Assembly (NCBI GenBank): GCA_963665775.2
Contig: CAXXTF010000002.1
Coordinates: 1,024,001-1,088,000 of the forward strand
Origin: Dehalococcoidia bacterium
GTDB taxonomy: Bacteria > Chloroflexota > Dehalococcoidia > SM23-28-2 > RBG-16-64-32
Length of the DNA stretch: 64,000 nucleotides
Reading direction: 5' to 3'
Position numbers and translations under genes: made by a program. Positions 19,127-28,784 of the stretch are shown in pieces. Position 1 is the first letter of the stretch, and every line of letters begins with the position of its first letter. The notes beneath the pieces are model-generated. The model was not told the origin of the DNA and ran no database searches. It saw only the letters and a program-made list of their open reading frames with translations.

Positions 19127-20197
19127 ATGGCTTCCCGACCTTGGAACGTAGAGGCCTACGTGCAGCGAGAGAAGATACGGACCATCCACTATGGCATCGG
19201 CGCAATAGGAGCCGATGTGGTCCGGCTGGTCTCGAGTCGGCCGGAGATCGAGATCGTAGGGGCGATCGATACTGACCCTGCTAAAGCCGGCAAGGACCTG
19301 GGCGAGGCCGCGGGCATCGGTCGTACCCTTGGCATCACTGTCTCCCACGACGCGGACCCCATTCTGAAAGAGGTGTACGCGGACGTGGTCATCCATGCCA
19401 CCAGTTCGTCTCTGCCGGAGGCTTACCCTCAGCTGAAATCTATCGTCTCCTCAGAGAAGAGCGTGGTCTCCAGTTGCGAGGAGCTGGCCTTCCCCTGGGC
19501 CCGCTACCCAGACATCTCGCGCGAGCTGGACCGGCGTGCCCGCGAGACGGGGGTTCTTGTGCTTGGCACGGGCGTCAATCCCGGATTTCTAATGGACCTC
19601 CTGCCCCTGATATTGACTACAGCCTGTCAACAGGTGAAATCCGTGCGCGTAAGGCGGACTGTTGACGTTGGCACCCGCAGGATCAGGTTGCAGAGGAAGG
19701 TGGGAGTGGGGCTCAGCGTGCAGGGGTTCCAACGCGGGGCGGCCGATGGCAGCATAGGCCACGTGGGCCTGCGAGAGTCCGCATTCATGATCGCCGATAC
19801 GCTGGGCTGGCGATTGGACGAGGTATCGGAGTCGTTGGAGCCGGTGGTGGCCCAGAAGCGCCGCAAGACCGAATACTTCCTCGTTGAGAAGGGCGACGTG
19901 GCCGGGCTGCGGCAATCGGCCCACGGTCTCATGTCCGGCCAGGAAGTGGTGCGCCTGGAGCTGGAGATCTCCCTGGGCGCCGAGAATCCCCACGACAGCA
20001 TCGAAATCGAGGGGCACCCTCCCATCAAGATGAACATCCCCGGCGGCCTGCAGGGCGACCTGGCCACAGCGGCGATAATGGCCAACTGCCTGCCCACCGT
20101 CGCCTGGAGCCGTACGGTGGGTCTGCTCTCCATGCGGGATATGCCCGCCGTGCCCTATTTTCGGTCGCGCCCCCAGCCTCCGGAAGAGCTGGGATGA
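19127..20197 (+). CDS. DapB-like / 2,4-diaminopentanoate dehydrogenase (Ord)-like NAD(P)-dependent amine dehydrogenase
   Basis: YGIGAIG, VVSSCEELAFPW, GTGVNPGFLMD, GHVGLRES, GGLQGDLATAA. Start codon uncertain. Confidence 0.78.
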   Translation: MASRPWNVEAYVQREKIRTIHYGIGAIGADVVRLVSSRPEIEIVGAIDTDPAKAGKDLGEAAGIGRTLGITVSHDADPILKEVYADVVIHATSSSLPEAYPQLKSIVSSEKSVVSSCEELAFPWARYPDISRELDRRARETGVLVLGTGVNPGFLMDLLPLILTTACQQVKSVRVRRTVDVGTRRIRLQRKVGVGLSVQGFQRGAADGSIGHVGLRESAFMIADTLGWRLDEVSESLEPVVAQKRRKTEYFLVEKGDVAGLRQSAHGLMSGQEVVRLELEISLGAENPHDSIEIEGHPPIKMNIPGGLQGDLATAAIMANCLPTVAWSRTVGLLSMRDMPAVPYFRSRPQPPEELG

Positions 20198-21540
20198 CGA
20201 TACTGGAGAGCTTCCAGCGTCGCCATCAGGGGTCGGCCCGACTTTACCAGGAGGCGATCAGCACCTTCCCCTCCGGTGTGACTCACGATACCCGCTACCT
20301 GGCGCCGTTCCCCATATTCGTAGAGCGGGCGGCCGGCAGCCGCAAGTGGGACGTGGATGGCAACGAGTTCGTCGATCTGGTGATGGGACATGGAGCGTTG
20401 TTCTTAGGGCACGCCCATCCGGAGATAACGCGGGCGGTCCTGGATCAGACGCCCAAAGGAACACACTACGGGGCCAGTCATGCCCTGGAGCTGGAGTGGG
20501 GGAGGCAAGTGAAGCGCCTTCTGCCCAGCGCCGAAAAGGTACGATTCACCAGCTCCGGTACGGAAGCGGTGATGATGGCGACCCGATTAGCTCGAGCCTA
20601 CACCGGTCGCGATAGGCTGCTGAAGTTGGACTTCCACTTCCACGGCTGGTACGACAGCGTGGTGGGGGCCCGGTTCGCGGAATCGGACATGCCGCGTTCG
20701 GCGGGCATACCAGCGATGACGTTGAGTAACACGCTGAGCGTCCCGCAGGATATCGGCCTCGTGTCGGAGAAGCTGGCCGAGGGCGATGTGGCGGCCGTCA
20801 TCGTGGAGCCCACGGGAGGCTCCTGGGGAACTCTCCCTCTCCGAGAGGGCTTCCTCGCCGACCTGCGAGAGGTGACCCATCGTTACCAGAGCCTCTTGAT
20901 CTTCGACGAGGTGGTTACCGGATTCCGGGTAGCGCCCGGGGGAGCCCAGGAGCGTTACGGCGTGACGCCGGACGTGACAACCCTGGCCAAGATACTGGCC
21001 GGCGGCCTGCCCGGCGGAGCCGTGGCGGGCAAGGCCGACATTATCTCCCTGATCGAGTTCCGTGACGATGTGGACTGGAACCGGGAGAACCGAGTGGCCC
21101 ATCCTGGCACCTTCCAGGCCAACCCCCTCTCGGCGGCGGCGGGCGTAGCGATGCTCTCGCTTATCGGCGACGGGCGGTACCACCGCCACGCCGACGGCCT
21201 CGTGACACGCCTGGTTCCCGCTCTCAACGAGGTGCTTGAGCGACGGCGAGCCCGCGGCTGTGCCTACGGCCTGTCGTCCTACTTTCACGTAGTTCTGGGG
21301 GAGGAGGTGCCGCGTCCCGAGGAAGGGATCGAATGGCCCTGGCGGAACGACGAGGCGCCGCCACGGATGGCCCTACCCCTGGTAATGGCGTTGAAGCGGG
21401 GCATGCTGAACCACGGTGTCGATCTAATGAGCGGCAGCGGCGGCTTCACCTCCGGCGTACATACCGAAGCCGATATCGACCGCACTATCGAGGCCTTCGA
21501 GGCGACCATCAGCGAGCTACAGGGGGAAGGAGCCCTGTAG
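20194..21540 (+). CDS. Class III PLP aminotransferase (glutamate-1-semialdehyde aminomutase-like)
   Basis: WDVDGNEFVD, FTSSGTEA, HFHGWYD, LIFDEVVTGFR, TTLAKILAGGLP, HPGTFQANP. ATGA overlap with the upstream gene. Confidence 0.85.
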   Translation: MTILESFQRRHQGSARLYQEAISTFPSGVTHDTRYLAPFPIFVERAAGSRKWDVDGNEFVDLVMGHGALFLGHAHPEITRAVLDQTPKGTHYGASHALELEWGRQVKRLLPSAEKVRFTSSGTEAVMMATRLARAYTGRDRLLKLDFHFHGWYDSVVGARFAESDMPRSAGIPAMTLSNTLSVPQDIGLVSEKLAEGDVAAVIVEPTGGSWGTLPLREGFLADLREVTHRYQSLLIFDEVVTGFRVAPGGAQERYGVTPDVTTLAKILAGGLPGGAVAGKADIISLIEFRDDVDWNRENRVAHPGTFQANPLSAAAGVAMLSLIGDGRYHRHADGLVTRLVPALNEVLERRRARGCAYGLSSYFHVVLGEEVPRPEEGIEWPWRNDEAPPRMALPLVMALKRGMLNHGVDLMSGSGGFTSGVHTEADIDRTIEAFEATISELQGEGAL

Positions 21541-21660
21541 AGGCGCGTCGTTCGCAATCAGGGGAAGATCGGATGAGGCTAGAGGGCCAACGTCAGGGTC
21601 AGGGTGCTCCGCTGAGGCCCGCGGCCACTTCCTCAGTTCCCGATGGCTACGCGCCTGGCG

Positions 21661-21689
21661 TTGAAGCAGTGCCGAGATTGTGGTATATT
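21661..21689 (+). promoter_or_regulatory. Sigma70-type promoter of infC-rpmI-rplT
   Basis: TTGAAG-17 nt-TATATT with a TG extension. Confidence 0.55.
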
Positions 21690-21731
21690 CGGACAATCGT
21701 GGCGAGAACGTTCACCAAGAGGGGCTAGCCT

Positions 21732-22295
21732 ATTCTCCGAGAGCTTCGGGTTAACGAACGGATCAGGGTCAGGGAGGTCCGTCTCATAGGGACGAGCGGA
21801 GAGAACGTGGGTATCGTTCCCATACCGGAGGCCCTGGAGATCGCCAGGGGGGTCGACCTCGACCTGGTCGAGGTCGACCCCAACGGAAATCCGCCAGTCT
21901 GCCGGATACTGGACTACGGCAAGTGGAAGTACCAGCAGGCGAAGAAAGGGCGGGACGCCCACAAGCACCAGCGCAGCACGATGATCCACGAGGTGCGAGT
22001 GCGCCCTCGCATCGGTCAGCACGACATGCAGATGAAGGTGCGAATAGCGGAGCGGCTGCTGGCTGGGGGGAACAAGGTGAGGCTTTCCGTAATGTTTCGG
22101 GGCCGGGAGATGTCACACCCTGAGATAGGGCACGAGGTGCTGGGGCACGCGCTGGACGGGCTCAAGGAGGTAGCGATAGTGGAGAGGCCACCGGCTATGG
22201 AGGGGCGCTTCCTATCGGTCATCCTGACGCCTACAGCGAAGAAGCCGGTTCAGGCCCAGTCTGAGGAGCAGGGGGAAGAGGAGCCCGTTGGCTAA
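21732..22295 (+). CDS. infC: Translation initiation factor IF-3 (ATT start)
   Basis: The frame extends upstream of the listed ORF as (I)LRELRVNERIRVREVRLIG. ATT at 21732 follows AAGAGGGG. DLVEV..PPVCRILDYGK and FRGRE motifs. Confidence 0.95.
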   Translation: MLRELRVNERIRVREVRLIGTSGENVGIVPIPEALEIARGVDLDLVEVDPNGNPPVCRILDYGKWKYQQAKKGRDAHKHQRSTMIHEVRVRPRIGQHDMQMKVRIAERLLAGGNKVRLSVMFRGREMSHPEIGHEVLGHALDGLKEVAIVERPPAMEGRFLSVILTPTAKKPVQAQSEEQGEEEPVG

Positions 22296-22500
22296 GTACA
22301 AGATCAAGACACACTCAGGGGCCAAGCGCCGTTTCTACATAAGCGGCCGTGGCAAGCTGCTCATGCGCAAGTGCCACATCAACAACTCCAGACGTAAAAA
22401 GCGGGGTGCCACCCTGCGCCAGTTCCCCCGCAAGCTCGCGGTGTCCGAAACCCACGTGAAGCGGCTCCGGAAACTGATGCCCTACGCGCGAGCTAGATAA
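22288..22500 (+). CDS. rpmI: 50S ribosomal protein L35
   Basis: KIKTHSGAKRRF motif; lies between infC and rplT. Confidence 0.93.
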   Translation: MAKYKIKTHSGAKRRFYISGRGKLLMRKCHINNSRRKKRGATLRQFPRKLAVSETHVKRLRKLMPYARAR

Positions 22501-22512
22501 GGGAGGAGAGAG

Positions 22513-22872
22513 TTGCCGAGGACCAGGGGCAGACCGACAGCCCGTAGACGGCACAAGAAGATACTCAAACTAGCGAAGGGGCATCGCGGCGGGCGACACC
22601 GGCTCTTCCGGCAGGCCAACCAGTCGGTCATGCGGGCCCTAAAATACGCATACGAGCACCGACGAGACCGCAAGGGCCAGTTCCGTAGCCTCTGGATCAT
22701 GCGGATCAACGCGGCCGCGCGGCTGCACGGAATCAGCTACTCCCGGCTGATCAGCGGCCTCAACACGGCGGGCGTGGAGATAGACCGCAAGGCGCTGGCA
22801 GACCTGGCAGTCACGGACGCCGACGCCTTCGCGCAGCTGGCGCAGACAGCCAATGGGGCACTGGCCCGCTAG
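22513..22872 (+). CDS. rplT: 50S ribosomal protein L20
   Basis: [47 protein letters not shown]. Confidence 0.97.
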   Translation: MPRTRGRPTARRRHKKILKLAKGHRGGRHRLFRQANQSVMRALKYAYEHRRDRKGQFRSLWIMRINAAARLHGISYSRLISGLNTAGVEIDRKALADLAVTDADAFAQLAQTANGALAR

Positions 22873-22892
22873 CGCCGATCGTCGAGAACTCG

Positions 22893-22933
22893 AGAGTGGG
22901 CTTCAGGCCGCGGCTTGGAGCCCGCTCTGTTTT
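22893..22933 (+). terminator. Hairpin plus short T run after rplT
   Basis: AGAGTGGGCTTCAGGCCGCGGCTTGGAGCCCGCTCT folds on itself with G-U pairs and is followed by GTTTT. It lies between convergent genes. Confidence 0.55.
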
Positions 22934-23007
22934 CCCTGTAGCGGGGGTTTCACAGAGACCAGACTGGGGCTGGGATTCGACCCCGTCCAGAAGGCCTTGA
23001 CCAGGGG

Positions 23008-25413
23008 TCAGGCTCTAAGTTCGGCGCCTAACTCTCGTCGCAAGCGCTCAATGATGTGCTGGCGCTGGCGGCTGACCTCGGCATCCGTGAGGGTGTGCTC
23101 GGACGCCTGGAAGGAGAGGGAGAAGGCCAACGATTTCCTGCCCTCCGGCACCGGCGGCCCGGTGTAGACGTCGAAAATAGAGGCTCTGCGAACCAGGGGG
23201 AAACTTCTGATAATGCTGAGGGCCTCTCCCGCCGCGACGCCATCAGGGACGACCACGGCCAGATCCTCCTCCACCGATGGGAAGAGCGGAACGGGATGGT
23301 AGTGAACGGTGGGCGGAATATGCGGTAACAGGGCGTCCAGATTCAGCTCGAACATCGCCACTTCGGCTTCGATGTCGAAGGCGGCGGCAACCCGAGGGTG
23401 AATCTGCCCCACGAGGCCAACCTGACGCCCGTCCACGAGGACGGCTGCCGTGCGCCCAGGGAGATATGCGTAATCCACAGCCTCCTGAACCTCGGGGGAG
23501 ACTCCCAGCACGCTCAGGAGCCGCTCCATGTACGCCTTGGCATCGTAGAAGCCGACAGGATCACCCGTCGGCTGGCCCCAGCGATCGGGCCGGCGACCGC
23601 TGACCACGGCGCCAACGCTCTCGACTTCCTGCGGCAGGTCGTCGACCTGGGGCAGATAGACGCGGCCCCTCTCGAACAGGGCTAGCAGGCCGGTGTTGGT
23701 CCTGGCGTTAGCGGCCAGCGTGCCCAGGAGCGAGGCGCGCAGAGTCGTCCGGGCGTATTCCGCCTCGCGGCTCATCGGGTTGGCGATGCGCAGGGGCCGA
23801 TTGACGGCCAGCTCCTCCGGCGCCAGCACCTTGGCCAGGGTGTCCAGGCTGGTGAGGGAGTAGCTGATGACCTCCTGGAGGCCGGCCGCAGCCAGAGCAT
23901 CGGCGACCCGCTCCCGTAGACGGTATCTGGTCTGAGGCCAGGCAGTGGGGAGCTCGCCCCGGAGCAGCGACGTGGGGAGCTGATCGTAGCCGATGATGCG
24001 GGCGATCTCCTCGATGACGTCGTCAGGAATGGCGACATCGGTGCGCCAGTAGGGAACCCGGACGACGAACCGGTCCGGGGGCACCCAGCGGCAGCTGAAG
24101 CCCAGGGAGGTCAGAATCTGTCGCACCTGAGCGGTGGCCACCTCGATGCCGAGGATGCGGCGGAGCCGTTCCTGGGTCAGGGTGACACGCATATCCCTCT
24201 GCTTACCGGGGAACTCATCCGCCAGACCCTTGGCGGCACGACCGCCGCACAGCTCAAGGATCAGCTTCACGGCCCGCTGAGCTGCGATGGGAGGCAGCTG
24301 GCGGCTGAGGCCCTTCTCGAACCGGCTGGAGGCGTCGCTGCGGAGCTTGAGGGCCTGGCTGGTGCGCCGGATATTCGGAGCGTAGAAATTGGCCGATTCC
24401 AGCAGGACGGTGGTGGTCTCTGGATCCACCTCGCTCTCCAGGCCGCCCATGACGCCGGCCAAGGCGAGCGGCACCTCAGCGTCGGCGATGACCAGCATAT
24501 CGGACAAGAGCTCCCTCTCCGTGCCGTCCAGAAAATTGATCTTTTCGCCGGGCTCAGCACGACGCACGATGATCCTCTTCCGCCTGATCTTGGCGAAGTC
24601 GAAGGCGTGGAGCGGCTGGCCCAGCTCCAGCATCACGTAGTTTGTTATGTCGACTACGTTGTTGATAGGACGCATGCCGGCACTGATGAGCCGCTCCTGG
24701 AGCCAGGACGGCGACTCGGCGACCCTAACGCCTTCGATGAGGGCGGCGCAGTAGCGGGGACAGAGATCGGGATCAGGAATCTCCACCTTGACGCGACCCG
24801 TAATCTGTGGCCCGACCTCCTTATGTTCGAGGGAGGGCTCGCGCAGCGGTTGACCGGTGAGAGCCGCCACCTCGCGGGCGACGCCGACGATAGAGAGGAG
24901 GTCAGGCCGGTTGGGGGTGACTTCGAGATCGAACACGACCTCGCCCAGGAAGGACGCCAGGGGCAGACCCAGGGGGGCCCCTTCATCCAGGACAAGAATC
25001 CCCTCATGCTCATCGGAAAGGCCCAGCTCCTTCTCGGAGCAGATCATGCCGGCGGACTGCACGCCGCGGATGACGGCCGACTTGAGAACGGCCGGCTTCC
25101 CGGTGTGACCGTCGATCAGGCGGACCCCGGCGGCGGCGAAGGGCACCTTCTGGCCGGCAGCCACGTTAGGAGCGCCGCAGACCACAGTCTGACGCTCGCC
25201 GTTGCCGAGGTCGACGGTGGCGAGCACCAGCCGGTCGGCGTTGGGGTGACAAGCCACGTCCACAACCTGAGCCACGGTGATGCCTTCCCAATCGCCGGCG
25301 GAGGCGATGATCTCGCCCACCTCAATGCCGGCGATGGTCAGGCGCTCGGCCAGCTCCCGATGGCTCAGGGATAGATCTACGTATTCGGAGAGCCAGCGAA
25401 GGGGAAGACGCAT
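23008..25413 (-). CDS. pheT: Phenylalanyl-tRNA synthetase beta subunit
   Basis: MRLPLRWLSEYV, HPNADRL, VVCGAPNV, TPNRPDLLS, ELGQPLHAFD, SRFEKG, and C-terminal KSLAFSL..LGAELR. Confidence 0.97.
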   Translation of the reverse strand: MRLPLRWLSEYVDLSLSHRELAERLTIAGIEVGEIIASAGDWEGITVAQVVDVACHPNADRLVLATVDLGNGERQTVVCGAPNVAAGQKVPFAAAGVRLIDGHTGKPAVLKSAVIRGVQSAGMICSEKELGLSDEHEGILVLDEGAPLGLPLASFLGEVVFDLEVTPNRPDLLSIVGVAREVAALTGQPLREPSLEHKEVGPQITGRVKVEIPDPDLCPRYCAALIEGVRVAESPSWLQERLISAGMRPINNVVDITNYVMLELGQPLHAFDFAKIRRKRIIVRRAEPGEKINFLDGTERELLSDMLVIADAEVPLALAGVMGGLESEVDPETTTVLLESANFYAPNIRRTSQALKLRSDASSRFEKGLSRQLPPIAAQRAVKLILELCGGRAAKGLADEFPGKQRDMRVTLTQERLRRILGIEVATAQVRQILTSLGFSCRWVPPDRFVVRVPYWRTDVAIPDDVIEEIARIIGYDQLPTSLLRGELPTAWPQTRYRLRERVADALAAAGLQEVISYSLTSLDTLAKVLAPEELAVNRPLRIANPMSREAEYARTTLRASLLGTLAANARTNTGLLALFERGRVYLPQVDDLPQEVESVGAVVSGRRPDRWGQPTGDPVGFYDAKAYMERLLSVLGVSPEVQEAVDYAYLPGRTAAVLVDGRQVGLVGQIHPRVAAAFDIEAEVAMFELNLDALLPHIPPTVHYHPVPLFPSVEEDLAVVVPDGVAAGEALSIIRSFPLVRRASIFDVYTGPPVPEGRKSLAFSLSFQASEHTLTDAEVSRQRQHIIERLRRELGAELRA

Positions 25414-25420
25414 GGCGGCC

Positions 25421-26467
25421 TCAGAACTGCTGAAGGAAACGGATGTCGTTGGCGTAGAAGAGGCGGATGTCGTCAATGCCATGGCGGAGCATGGCGATGC
25501 GCTCGACACCCATGCCCCACGCGAAACCGGTGTAGCGCTCCGGGTCGTAGCCGGCGTTGGCGATGATCTCCGGGTGGACCATGCCGGCGCCCAGGATCTC
25601 GATCCAACCGCTGCCGCCGCAGGTACGGCAGCCCTGGCCGCGACAGAGAGTGCAGTCAATGCGCAGCTCCATGCCCGGCTCTACGAAGGGGAAATAGTCG
25701 CAGCGGAACCTGACCTGTCGTTCGCGGCCGAACATGCGGCGAGCGAACTCGGACAGAGTGCCCTTGAGGTCGGCCATGCTGATCCCTTCATCCACCGCCA
25801 GGCCTTCCACCTGCATCATCATCCACTCGTGGGTGGGGTCCGTGGCTTCGTAGCGGTAGCACTTGCCGGGTACGACGACGCGTATAGGCGGCTGCATCTG
25901 CTCCATGACGCGGATCTGGTTGGGCGAGGTGTGGGTGCGCAGGAGCATGGGCCGCTCGCCGTCGCGCTCGTAGTCGATCCAGAGGGTATCAAACATGTCG
26001 CGGGCCGGATGGTCCTTAGGGATGCGTAAAGTCTCAAAATTGTAGTGATCCCACTCGACTTCCGGCCCCTCCACCACCTGGAAGCCCATGCTCTCGAAGC
26101 AGCCCAAGACTTCTCGGACGGTCTGGGTGATGGGATGGAGGCGGCCTCGGGGTAGCGGCGGGGCAGGCAGGGTGACGTCCAGCTGCGCGCCCTCGATCAC
26201 CCGAGCCACGCGACTCTCCTCGAGGTGGGCGCGGCGCTCGTCGAAGGCGGCCTCCAGCCGAGTCTTGAGCCGGTTGGCAGCAGCGCCCACCTGTTTTCGC
26301 TCCTCGATCGGGATCTGCGCCAGACCCCGCAGGACCTGCGTAAGCCGGCCACTGCGGCCCAGGTAGGCCACCCGCCAGTCCTGGAGAGCGTCGACATCCG
26401 TGATGGCGTCCAGCCCCTCGCGGGCGGATGCCTCGAGGCCTGAAAGCAACTCTGATTCAGAAGACAT
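25421..26467 (-). CDS. pheS: Phenylalanyl-tRNA synthetase alpha subunit
   Basis: GRLHPI, HPARDMFDT, LLRTHTSPNQ, YFPFVEP, GWIEILGAGMVHP, GFAWGMGVER. Confidence 0.97.
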   Translation of the reverse strand: MSSESELLSGLEASAREGLDAITDVDALQDWRVAYLGRSGRLTQVLRGLAQIPIEERKQVGAAANRLKTRLEAAFDERRAHLEESRVARVIEGAQLDVTLPAPPLPRGRLHPITQTVREVLGCFESMGFQVVEGPEVEWDHYNFETLRIPKDHPARDMFDTLWIDYERDGERPMLLRTHTSPNQIRVMEQMQPPIRVVVPGKCYRYEATDPTHEWMMMQVEGLAVDEGISMADLKGTLSEFARRMFGRERQVRFRCDYFPFVEPGMELRIDCTLCRGQGCRTCGGSGWIEILGAGMVHPEIIANAGYDPERYTGFAWGMGVERIAMLRHGIDDIRLFYANDIRFLQQF

Positions 26468-26500
26468 AGGTCGGGTTGGCACGAATGAGGGCTGACCGCT

Positions 26501-26529
26501 ATTATAGGATGCAGCAGGGGCAAGAGCAA
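26501..26529 (-). promoter_or_regulatory. Sigma70-type promoter of pheST
   Basis: TTGCTC-17 nt-TATAAT on the minus strand. Confidence 0.55.
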
Positions 26530-26623
26530 CGCGTCTGAGCCCACTCCAACGCGGTAAACCGCATCATGATTCTCGGCAGCCGCGGGCCGCCGGCGCGGTG
26601 CGGCCAGAAGGAGGTGCCGGACC

Positions 26624-26869
26624 ATGCGGGCATACGTACTCATCGAATCCGCCGTAGGGGAGGCGAATGCCGTGGGGAATGGGTTAAGGAAACTGCAGCT
26701 CAAGGACACGGAGGTGATCTCCGTGGACGCGGTGACGGGTCCCTATGACGTTATCGCCCTTCTGGAATCGGAGGACCTGGACACGCTAGGGCAGGCGATA
26801 ACGGACGGCATCCAGCGGGTGGACGGAGTGCAGCGGACGAACACCTGCCTGGTGGTCAAGCTGGGCTAG
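26624..26869 (+). CDS. Lrp/AsnC ligand-binding-domain protein
   Basis: RAYVLIE..VDAVTGPYDVIA..IQRVDGVQRTNT. GGAGG RBS. Confidence 0.85.
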   Translation: MRAYVLIESAVGEANAVGNGLRKLQLKDTEVISVDAVTGPYDVIALLESEDLDTLGQAITDGIQRVDGVQRTNTCLVVKLG

Positions 26870-26977
26870 CGGCCCGACCTCTCGGCAGAAGCGCTAGAGT
26901 AGTGGTGGTGACGGCACCGATCTCCTCCGCTGGGGGGGGAATAGCGACTCGTGTGAAGGGATGAGAGGTGAACGCCT

Positions 26978-28273
26978 GTGATCAGCGTTGAAGAGGCTCT
27001 AGAGCGTATCCTCGGCTACGTAGATGTGCTGGGGCCGGAGGAGAAGCCCATCCTGGAGGCCCTGGGGCAAGTCCTGGACGAGGACGTCACGTCGTCCTTC
27101 GACATCCCGCCCCTGGACAATACGGCCATGGATGGCTACGCGGTGCGGGCGGGGGACACGCGGGGAGCCTCCCCCGAAGCACCCGTAGAGCTGCAGGTCG
27201 GGGGAGAGGTGGCCGCCGGCTACGTATTCGAGGGCGAGGTGACGCCGGGAACGGCGGTGCGCATCATGACGGGGGCACCCGTGCCCGCCGGCGCCGATAC
27301 GATCGTGCCCTTCGAGGAGACCGACGAGCCGTTCGAGAAGGCCCCGGAGCAGACCCGAAGGCTGGAAGCGGCCGCCGTGCAGGTGTTCAAGGAGGCGCGG
27401 CTCGGAGCGAACATCCGGCGGGCCGGGGAGGACGTGAACGAGGGGCAGACGTTGATGCGGCGAGGCACCGTGCTGCGCCCCTCCGAGACAGGCGTGCTCG
27501 CCTCCGTGGGCAAGGCCCGGGTGAGGGTGATCCGTCGGCCCGTGGTGGCCGTGCTGTCGACGGGGGACGAGCTGGTGGAGCTAGGCCAGGAGCGGCCCGC
27601 CACCAAGATCTACGATAGCAACGCTTACGGCGTGGGGGCGCTGGTGCAACGCTACGGCGGGGTGCCCCGGCTGTTGGGAATCGCCAAGGACACCGTGGAG
27701 GCGCTGACCGCCAAGATCCACGAGGGGATGGACGCCGACATGATCGTCACCTCCGCCGGGGTGTCCCGGGGCGACTACGATATCGTGAAGGACGTGCTGG
27801 CCCGGGAGGGTGAGATCGACTTCTGGACGGTGGCGATGAAGCCGGGAAAGCCGCTCGCCTTCGGCTGCTTCGAGAGTGACGGGCGGCGCGTCCCGCACAT
27901 CGGCCTCCCGGGCAACCCGGTGAGCTCCATGGTCACGTTCGAGCTGTTCGGGCGACCGGCGCTAATGAAGATGATGGGGAAGACCGACTGGCGACGGTCG
28001 GTGGTGAGGGCCATCGCCGAGGAGCGCATCGTCAACCGGAACGACCCGCGCCTGTTCTACGCCCGCTGCATCGTGACACAGAGGGACGGCAGCTATTACG
28101 CCTCCCTGACAGGGGCGCAGGGCTCCGGGATGCTCACCTCCATGCTCTCCGCCAACGCGCTGACGCTGATGCCGCCAGACGTGGACGTGGTGGAGCCGGG
28201 CGAGGAGATTGACGTCCTGATGCTGGACTGGAGCCGGGGCGAGGAGTGGGGCTCGCGAGGGCAGGAGGCGTAG
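26978..28273 (+). CDS. moeA: Molybdopterin molybdenumtransferase
   Basis: PPLDNTAMDGYAV, RIMTGAPVP, STGDEL, IYDSN, MKPGKP, GLPGNPVSS. Confidence 0.96.
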   Translation: MISVEEALERILGYVDVLGPEEKPILEALGQVLDEDVTSSFDIPPLDNTAMDGYAVRAGDTRGASPEAPVELQVGGEVAAGYVFEGEVTPGTAVRIMTGAPVPAGADTIVPFEETDEPFEKAPEQTRRLEAAAVQVFKEARLGANIRRAGEDVNEGQTLMRRGTVLRPSETGVLASVGKARVRVIRRPVVAVLSTGDELVELGQERPATKIYDSNAYGVGALVQRYGGVPRLLGIAKDTVEALTAKIHEGMDADMIVTSAGVSRGDYDIVKDVLAREGEIDFWTVAMKPGKPLAFGCFESDGRRVPHIGLPGNPVSSMVTFELFGRPALMKMMGKTDWRRSVVRAIAEERIVNRNDPRLFYARCIVTQRDGSYYASLTGAQGSGMLTSMLSANALTLMPPDVDVVEPGEEIDVLMLDWSRGEEWGSRGQEA

Positions 28274-28283
28274 GAGGATAGCC

Positions 28284-28457
28284 TTGGCCGAGGAGCAGAC
28301 GGCGTTGGAGGTTGAGGTGCAGGTCGATGGCATCCGGCGGAGGCTCGTACCCTTTGTCCGGGATATGCGGGCCGGCGCCGTTATCGGGATGATTACCACG
28401 CTGCGCGGGGCGGAAAACGCCCGCGAGATCGAGATCCGGGTGCGACGCCGCTCCTAG
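28284..28457 (+). CDS. 57-aa protein resembling the C-terminal extension of some MobB proteins
   Basis: AGGAGGA RBS, TTG start, MAEEQTALEVEVQVDGIRRRLVPFVRDMRAGAVIGMITTLRGAENAREIEIRVRRRS. Fills the gap after moeA and is below the ORF-track cutoff. Confidence 0.6.
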   Translation: MAEEQTALEVEVQVDGIRRRLVPFVRDMRAGAVIGMITTLRGAENAREIEIRVRRRS

Positions 28458-28768
28458 AAGGCGACCCCGAAACGATCATAGGCGTCGGTAGCTTCCCCCC
28501 ATTCGCTCTCGATGCCGGCGACGCGGGAAAGGCGGGGGCCCTCGCGCAGATACTCCAGTAGCTGCTCCAGCTTTGAGCGCTGGCCCTCAGCGATAACCTC
28601 CACAGAGAGACCGTCGGACAGATTACGAACGTAGCCCGTCACGCCCAGGATGCGGGCGCGGGTATAGACGAAGTCACGGAAGCCGACCGCCTGGACGCGG
28701 CCCCGCACGAGGGCGCGGAGCGACACGGCTTTCTGCCCCGACATCGACGAGCCGTCCGAGGTAGTCAT
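28454..28768 (-). CDS. acyP: Acylphosphatase
   Basis: VRGRVQAVGFR, GYVRNLSDG, LREGPRLSRV. Start at 28768 or 28744. Confidence 0.9.
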   Translation of the reverse strand: MTTSDGSSMSGQKAVSLRALVRGRVQAVGFRDFVYTRARILGVTGYVRNLSDGLSVEVIAEGQRSKLEQLLEYLREGPRLSRVAGIESEWGEATDAYDRFGVAF

Positions 28769-28784
28769 GAGCCTCAGGCGATCG

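Noticed and set aside
26468-26530. T-box leaders for pheS or alaS
   Set aside because: The putative promoters lie within about 35 nt of the starts, leaving no room, and no T-box motif was seen.
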